Source: Candidatus Magasanikiibacteriota bacterium (GTDB lineage Bacteria > Patescibacteriota > Patescibacteriia > Magasanikbacterales > GWA2-37-8). From it: a DNA stretch of 64,000 nucleotides. Within the stretch, counting starts at the first letter, position 1; every line of letters begins with the position of its first letter. Both the position numbers and the translations under genes were made by a program. Below, piece after piece: positions 58,162-64,000 of the stretch. The stretch covers positions 24,875 to 88,874 of the forward strand of contig JAHFHX010000003.1 of NCBI GenBank assembly GCA_023246655.1, given 5' to 3'. The notes below the pieces were generated by a model that was not told where the DNA came from, made no database searches, and saw nothing but the letters and a program-made list of their open reading frames with translations.

Positions 58162-58629
58162 AAAGCTTGGAAAGCTTAGAAAGCTGGGGAAACTTGGGAG
58201 GTGGTGCCCATCGACCAGTCTAACTGAGAGATTCTATTAATTTATTGAGCAAAAAGCCAATCTCACGAACTCTTTGTAATTGTCGATCTAATTCTTGTTG
58301 AGTAATATATAGTAATCCTACCGCCAATTCCAGATAACATTGACACTCGTTCAGTGATCCCTTCGATATATATAAATAGCGAATAAAATCTTTATCCGTT
58401 TGTTTTCCTCTTCCTTCTACAACATTCGCCATCACTGACACTGCCGCACGTCGTAGTTGGCTGATTAAACCAAACAACTCTTCTTTTGGAAATTTTTTTG
58501 TCAACTTATAAATATCTAGCACAAACGCTAACGCCTTCTGCCAAACTAATAACTTGTGATAATCATGCATATCTTACCTGCTCCTTAGGGCATCCCAAGC
58601 CTTTCCCAGCCTTCCTAGCTTCCCAAGCC
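58162..58629. mobile_element. Four-helix-bundle cassette bounded by inverted 9-mer arrays
   Basis: AAGCTTGGAAAGCTTAGAAAGCTGGGGAAACTTGGGA (58163-58199) versus TCCCAAGCCTTTCCCAGCCTTCCTAGCTTCCCAAGCCT (58593-58630); mobility is inferred. Confidence 0.6.
58220..58570 (-). CDS. Four helix bundle protein (23S rRNA IVP / bAvd-like family)
   Basis: L.VWQKA, FPKEELFGLISQLRRAAVSV.AN.VEG, F.RYL.IS.GSL.E. Confidence 0.92.
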   Translation of the reverse strand: MHDYHKLLVWQKALAFVLDIYKLTKKFPKEELFGLISQLRRAAVSVMANVVEGRGKQTDKDFIRYLYISKGSLNECQCYLELAVGLLYITQQELDRQLQRVREIGFLLNKLIESLS

Positions 58630-59709
58630 TTACACAATACTCACCTCACTACACAAATACACATCCTGCACCGCATTGAGCAATTTAATTCCTTCCGCCA
58701 GTGGCTTCTGAAAAGATTTCCGACCAACAATTAACCCCATCCCACCGGCTCGCTTGTTAATGACAGCTGTTTTCACTGCTTCTGCTAAATCACTTGCGCC
58801 ACCACTCTCCCCGCCGGAGTTAATAAGACCAACTCGCCCCGCAAAACCGTTTACCACTTGGTAACGACACAAATCAATTGGATGGTCACTGCATAAATCG
58901 GTGTACATTTTTTCGGAATATTTTCCAAATTTCTTATCACCCTGGTTCAAAGCCTTGTAGCCGCCATTCCTCATCGGCAACTTTTGCTTTACAATGTCAG
59001 CCTCGATCGTTGCACCAAGATGGTTGGCTTGGCCCGTGAGATCAGCGGCGTCATGATAGTCCACACCGTCAACCTTGAAAGCATTGTTACGTAGATAACA
59101 CCAGAGCACGGTGAACATTCCTTTTTTGTGAGCTTCCGCAAACGCTGCGGAGACTTCTTGAATTTGGCGTTTGGATTCTGGCGAACCAAAATAAATCGTA
59201 GCCCCCACACCCGCCGCGCCCATGTCCTACGCTTGTTGCACCGAACCGAACATAATTTGATCGTAGTCATTGGGGTATCGCAAAAAATCATTGTGGTTCA
59301 ATTTTACAATAAAGGGAATTTTGTCCGCGTATTTTTTGCTCACCATTCCTAAAACCCCAAACGTCGATGCCACTGCATTGCATCCACCTTCCACAGCAAG
59401 TTTGACAATACGTTCCGGGTCAAAATAGTCCGGGTTCTTGGCAAAACTGGCGCCCGCACTATGTTCAATTCCCTGGTCAACCGGGAGAATAGAAACGTAA
59501 CCGGTTCCAGAGAGTCGCCCATAATCGCGCATCTTCTTTAAACTCTTAAGCACCGCTGGCGTCCGGTCGGAAATACTTAACACATCATCAATAAAACTTG
59601 GGCCTGGCGCGTGCAAACGGTCTTTGGACATTTTGGGAGAATTAAAGGCGAGTAAGTTGTCGCTGTCGCTACCAAGAAGTTGTTGAATGATTGAATAGAG
59701 TTGGGACAT
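58630..59709 (-). pseudogene. fbaB: Class I fructose-bisphosphate aldolase interrupted by an in-frame TAG at 59229-59227
   Basis: [16 protein letters not shown]...[21 protein letters not shown]...ADIVKQKLP...GRKSFQ; both ORFs are in one frame. Confidence 0.88.
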
Positions 59710-59733
59710 AAAAAAAATTTCAATTTACAATTT

Positions 59734-60099
59734 CTAATTTTCAATTACCATTTCATCTTCAGTCCTCCACGCTGGATCGACAATGCAAATAAATTCAAGA
59801 TCTTCGTTCCCAACATTCTCAATATACTGAATACTTTCCGGAGGAATATAAATCGTATCACGTTCGCCCACTGTTTTAACCTCCTCTCCAATATACACCT
59901 TTCCAATTCCTTTAATAATAAAATAAACTTCAGTTGTCTTAAGCGCGTGTCTAAGAGATTTCTTGCCTGGTGCTAATCGTGCGTGAGCCAGACTATAGCG
60001 ACAAGCCACAGAATCGTTTAACCCGCTTAAAGTCTCTCGCAAAACCGTATTATCTCCAGCAATAATTTCTTTACAATCATCAAATCGTTTCACTAACAT
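59734..60099 (-). CDS. Cupin domain protein
   Basis: SLAHARL.PG..S..H, EVYFI..G.G, IYIPP...Q.IEN. Confidence 0.88.
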   Translation of the reverse strand: MLVKRFDDCKEIIAGDNTVLRETLSGLNDSVACRYSLAHARLAPGKKSLRHALKTTEVYFIIKGIGKVYIGEEVKTVGERDTIYIPPESIQYIENVGNEDLEFICIVDPAWRTEDEMVIEN

Positions 60100-60173
60100 A
60101 ACAACATAACAGTTTCATAATATAGCAATCGAACAATTGAACTATTAAACGGGACAGAGATCCTTCGCTCTGC

Positions 60174-61118
60174 TCAGGATGACAGTTTATGATGGGTCTC
60201 CAAAAACCTAACCGTCCCGCTCTTCACCCGCATCACGACCGAATGCGTAACGCAATGATTGGACGTATAACGTACACCTTTCAAGAGCGGTCCGTCAATC
60301 ACACCCGTGGCCGTAAACGTCAAATCCTGGCCCTTGGCCAAATCATCGAGTGTTAAAATTTTAAAAATATCCGTGATACCAAGTTTGTGCAAACGCTCAT
60401 GTTGTTCCGCATTTTTGGGTGCTAATTTCGCCTGAAAATCTCCACCCAAACATTTAATTGCCGCACTCGCCAAAACCGCCTCAGTCGAGGCACCAATTCC
60501 CAGAAGCATATCGATACCGGAATCAGAGAGACTGGGCGCGATCGCGCCGGCTACATCGCCGTCGGTAATCAAGCGCACCCGAGCGCCGGTACAACGAATA
60601 TCTTTGATGAGTTGTTCGTGCCGCGGACGATCAAGTACCAACACAACCATGTCACACATGTCTTTGCCGAGTCGCTTAGCAACTCGTTCAATATTCTCGG
60701 CCGGTGATAATTTCAAATCAATCGCGCCTTTGGCACCAGGCCCGCAGGCAACTTTTTCCATATACATATCCGGCACTTTAAGGAGCGTGCCTTTGGCCCC
60801 CGTCGCGATAACCGCAATGGCATTAGGCCGGCCGTTCGCCACACTATCGGTGCATTCCAATGGGTCAACCGCTATATCTAGTTCCACTCCATTCCCCGTG
60901 CCCAATTTTTCTCCCACATATAATTCTGGCGCTTCATCCTTCTCTCCTTCGCCAATCACTACCTCGCCATGAAAATCAATCTGGTGAAAACGCTGGCGCA
61001 TTTCATTTACCGCGGCTTGGTCAGCCGCTTTGCCATCCCCCCGCCCGGTCCACTCCGCCGCTGCAATCGCCGCCGCTTCGGTGACACGAACAAATTCGAG
61101 TGCTAAGTTACGGTCCAT
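60174..61118 (-). CDS. glpX: Fructose-1,6-bisphosphatase class II
   Basis: MDRNLALEFVRVTEAAA, IGEGEKDEAP, DIAVDPLE, DRPRH, DGDVAG, ATGV.DG. Confidence 0.95.
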   Translation of the reverse strand: MDRNLALEFVRVTEAAAIAAAEWTGRGDGKAADQAAVNEMRQRFHQIDFHGEVVIGEGEKDEAPELYVGEKLGTGNGVELDIAVDPLECTDSVANGRPNAIAVIATGAKGTLLKVPDMYMEKVACGPGAKGAIDLKLSPAENIERVAKRLGKDMCDMVVLVLDRPRHEQLIKDIRCTGARVRLITDGDVAGAIAPSLSDSGIDMLLGIGASTEAVLASAAIKCLGGDFQAKLAPKNAEQHERLHKLGITDIFKILTLDDLAKGQDLTFTATGVIDGPLLKGVRYTSNHCVTHSVVMRVKSGTVRFLETHHKLSS

Positions 61119-61272
61119 ATTCGAAATGAGTGAGAAAAATGAGTGAATGGGTTCAGTCATTTCCGAGCGAATGAGAATATATGGCGAAGCCTATATAGTT
61201 AAAAGCTTAAAAAGCTAAAAAGGCTTACAATGCTTACAAGGCCTCGTGAGCCTTGTAAGCCTTTACTTCACA

Positions 61273-62604
61273 TTAAAACAAAATCACATACCCTACTAAA
61301 CTACTCCCAATAATCACCGCCATCGCCGCCCCAAATTTGACCGCAAACTTTCGGTTTCCCTGAATAAACGAATATACCGTTTTACTGAGCAAGTTAGTGG
61401 CATTGACCAAAACAAAAGTTAAAACAGCGGTTTTAAAAGTAATCAATTTCCCCGCCAACTCAGCCAGGTTAATAATAATGGCATCAAGCCCAGCAAAGGA
61501 AGCAATGATTGAGCTAATTAAAAATCCGGACTGACCAAAAATTGCCAAACAAACTTTAGTCGCCAGCTTCACGCTCGTTAAGAGCAGTGCAAACTTAAGT
61601 GCCGAGACTAACGAAAAAATTCGTTTCTGTTCTCCAGCTTTTTCGGCCTCACCATTGGTGGCCTCGGGTTGTTTTTTGGTAAGAAAAAAAATGCTCACCA
61701 CTACAGCTGCAACAATAATAATAAGCAGGATCGGCGTTAAGCGCACGAGCCATTGCGGATTTAAGGGTGCTACCAAAAGAAAAACTTGAAAAAAACTCGC
61801 CAAATTGGCCGCTACCGCCGCGCCGAGCAGTGTGTGGACCAAGGCCACGGGCGACCGTTTGCTTTGCTGGGCTAGGGATTGGGTGGTGGAAGTTGAAGAA
61901 ATAAAACCGCCGACAAAACTGGCCATGGTAAAACTTTTTTTATTTCCTAAAATTCTTCCTAAAATATAGCCAAATACATCAATGCCCGTAACCAGTGCCA
62001 CAATAAACCACAGCTTGCGTGGGTTCACTATTTCAATAGTAGCCAGCGCTCCAAGATGGATATTGTACCCATCTAAAATCGTAACCAGAGTAGGAATATC
62101 TTGCAGATGGAAACCACGGTTAGGTAAAAAGGGAAGAATGACAAGTGCAATAATGGCGTAGCTAATAAAAGACTCCGTCTCCTGGGGGGTAATACCAAGC
62201 ATCAGGCGCTTGGTTCGTGCTTTCATTGATAAAATTAAAAGCACTACTACCAGGAGTGCTAAAATAATCTGGATCGAAAGAACTTCGGTCATGACAATCA
62301 CTCCCAATAAAAATGTAAAGACGAGCGAGATTTCAGTGGTGATTCCTGACCGCTTGGTAATAAGTGATCCCACCACATAATAAGCCACAATCAATCCACA
62401 CACCGTGATGGCAGTTACCAAAAAAAGGTTACGAGCTTGAGAATTAAAAAATACTCCGGCGAGCGCCCCCATCAATGAAATCAAGGCGTAGGTCCGAATT
62501 CCGCTTACCGCGGTTGAGCTACTTCTACCACCACTGCTCTCACGCTCCAAACCTAAAAGCGCGCCCAGGAGGGTGGCAAGAAATAGTTTAAGAGGCAGGC
62601 TCAT
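61273..62604 (-). CDS. MgtC/SapB family + DUF4010 membrane protein
   Basis: GALLGLERE, GIRTY, GITTE, VILPFLPN, GGFISST. Confidence 0.85.
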   Translation of the reverse strand: MSLPLKLFLATLLGALLGLERESSGGRSSSTAVSGIRTYALISLMGALAGVFFNSQARNLFLVTAITVCGLIVAYYVVGSLITKRSGITTEISLVFTFLLGVIVMTEVLSIQIILALLVVVLLILSMKARTKRLMLGITPQETESFISYAIIALVILPFLPNRGFHLQDIPTLVTILDGYNIHLGALATIEIVNPRKLWFIVALVTGIDVFGYILGRILGNKKSFTMASFVGGFISSTSTTQSLAQQSKRSPVALVHTLLGAAVAANLASFFQVFLLVAPLNPQWLVRLTPILLIIIVAAVVVSIFFLTKKQPEATNGEAEKAGEQKRIFSLVSALKFALLLTSVKLATKVCLAIFGQSGFLISSIIASFAGLDAIIINLAELAGKLITFKTAVLTFVLVNATNLLSKTVYSFIQGNRKFAVKFGAAMAVIIGSSLVGYVILF

Positions 62605-62650
62605 AACGTTTGATACCAGGCTTACAATACTTGCAAGGCCTTGTAAGCTT

Positions 62651-63184
62651 TTATTTTAAACTTCGTGGATCCTGAATATTATTCCGCAGTTCTTTCCAGG
62701 GATATAGCGGCCACTTCCTAATGAGTCGGCCATAATAATGGGGTTTAAACTGTGTCCATGGCTGTTTGTAGAGTACTGCATAGCGAACCTCGCGTGGCTT
62801 TTTGGTTTTCAGATATTTACTAACCAACTTAAGCGTCTCACCCGATACGGTCATTTCATCCACCACTAAAATTTTTAAACCATGGAGACTACGCTTGATG
62901 CGTTGCGTTAAAATTGGACGACTACGTAAATCTTGAATCTTTCCGCTACGTTGCGTCTTAGAAAAATCAGCTTTGACCGTATAAAGTTGTTTGTTGCCAA
63001 TACAATAGGAAATAAGCGCCGCGGGAATAAGCCCAGAACGCGCGAGGGAGATTATGATATCGGGTTTAAACTTGTCTTCCTCCATTCTGTTTACAATATG
63101 GAGAGTATCATGTTCAACGTCTCGCCAACTCAACTTCACCTCTTCTTTATTTCGCGCATAATACTTCTGCACTATGTGGTTCAT
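62651..63184 (-). CDS. Phosphoribosyltransferase (purine PRT-like)
   Basis: ARSGLIPA, ILVVDEMTVSGET PRPP loop, YPW. Confidence 0.85.
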   Translation of the reverse strand: MNHIVQKYYARNKEEVKLSWRDVEHDTLHIVNRMEEDKFKPDIIISLARSGLIPAALISYCIGNKQLYTVKADFSKTQRSGKIQDLRSRPILTQRIKRSLHGLKILVVDEMTVSGETLKLVSKYLKTKKPREVRYAVLYKQPWTQFKPHYYGRLIRKWPLYPWKELRNNIQDPRSLK

Positions 63185-63228
63185 AGGTTGGTCACTCGTA
63201 CTTTATAAACTTTCAGACTTTACAGACT

Positions 63229-63894
63229 TTACAGACTTTCAACTTCGTCTCCCTCCCATTCCTTCATAAATTGTTCAATGAACAAGTTGGTAAAACGGAT
63301 CTTGTGCTGTGCAATTCGCCGAGCGGTGGCAGTATTCAGACGATCTGTGAGCTTCAACACTCGTTCATAAAAACTCCCGAGACTGCTTCCTTTATTTTTC
63401 TCCCGCTCATAGGCATATTTTGTTAATTGTTTACGCACCTTCATACCGGGGTCGTAAATCGGCCGGCCATAATAACCACCGGATGCGAACCGTCGCGCTA
63501 CTCCAATCGCTCCAAAACTATCCAAAAAATTAGCATCTTGTACAATTTGACCCTCCAAAGTACGTGGTTTCTTAGTTTCAACACCACCATATTTAATCTC
63601 ATGGGCAATATGTAAAATATTACTTTTGAGCGGATCTTCAATTCCTAAAATATCCATCATGCCAAATAAAATAAGTGGGCCTTTCTCTGCATTAAACGAA
63701 TAATCCGAATGCTCACCGAGATTGTGTAACAGCGCAGCGAATTCAATAAGCTCAAGATCACCGCCCTCTTTGGTCTGAATGAACTGAGCACACTTCCACA
63801 CCCGCTCAACATGATACCAATCATGACCGGATGGCTCATTATAGAGCTTAGATTTTACGTATTCAGCAGTTTTTTGAATAAGTTCTTTGGACAT
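63229..63894 (-). CDS. HD-domain phosphohydrolase (YedJ-like)
   Basis: GHDWYHVERV, AALLH, VQDA..LD..GAIGVAR; HD appears as HN. Confidence 0.8.
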   Translation of the reverse strand: MSKELIQKTAEYVKSKLYNEPSGHDWYHVERVWKCAQFIQTKEGGDLELIEFAALLHNLGEHSDYSFNAEKGPLILFGMMDILGIEDPLKSNILHIAHEIKYGGVETKKPRTLEGQIVQDANFLDSFGAIGVARRFASGGYYGRPIYDPGMKVRKQLTKYAYEREKNKGSSLGSFYERVLKLTDRLNTATARRIAQHKIRFTNLFIEQFMKEWEGDEVESL

Positions 63895-64000
63895 AGCCGA
63901 ATATATTTTGCTGTAAGCGTATCATATATAATCGAAACGCGTCAATAATCTTGCTCTTTTATGAACCATTGTGTACAATCACCCTACGAGAATTTTGTGC

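Noticed and set aside
58220-58570. Diversity-generating retroelement (Avd-like protein)
   Set aside because: No reverse transcriptase and no TR/VR pair differing at adenines is visible in the window
59227-59229. Pyrrolysine or global TAG reassignment
   Set aside because: TAG is the normal stop of gyrA, rpmF and glmS; no pyl genes or suppressor tRNA in the window; the two internal TAGs imply different amino acids

Overview
64 kb of gene-dense bacterial chromosome. Gene content and style point to a Patescibacteria/CPR genome (inference): DUF4012 protein, PilB ATPase, FemAB, TGS-less ThrS, split ATP-citrate lyase, tRNA-Arg(TCG), and mostly AT-rich, SD-less start regions. It carries housekeeping genes (miaA, thrS with a T-box, ftsH, rpsA, gyrA, tkt, greA, rsmE, rpmF-nusB-rnc, 3 tRNAs), a liv ABC transporter, an amino-sugar cluster (glmU-N, glmS, HAD, yvcK) and a sugar-phosphate cluster (TrmB, PPi-PFK, PfkB, gap, fbaB, glpX). 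Unexplained structure overlays this. (1) A four-helix-bundle gene is enclosed by inverted arrays of 9-nt repeats that fill the whole fbaB-gap spacer and pair with G-U wobbles on the mRNA strand; related 7-9-nt repeat arrays occur throughout the window, including in-frame inside genes. (2) REP/RPE-like palindromes nest inside each other and are inserted in-frame into EndoQ, both Acl synthetase subunits, RsmE and Tkt. (3) An integron-like locus has a short integrase lacking the IntI insertion, an attI-like site, an MTase+Fic cassette and an attC-like site. (4) Three otherwise intact genes each carry one in-frame stop. (5) An unannotated 25-aa Lys-rich micropeptide has a strong SD. All product calls come from motif recognition, not database searches.
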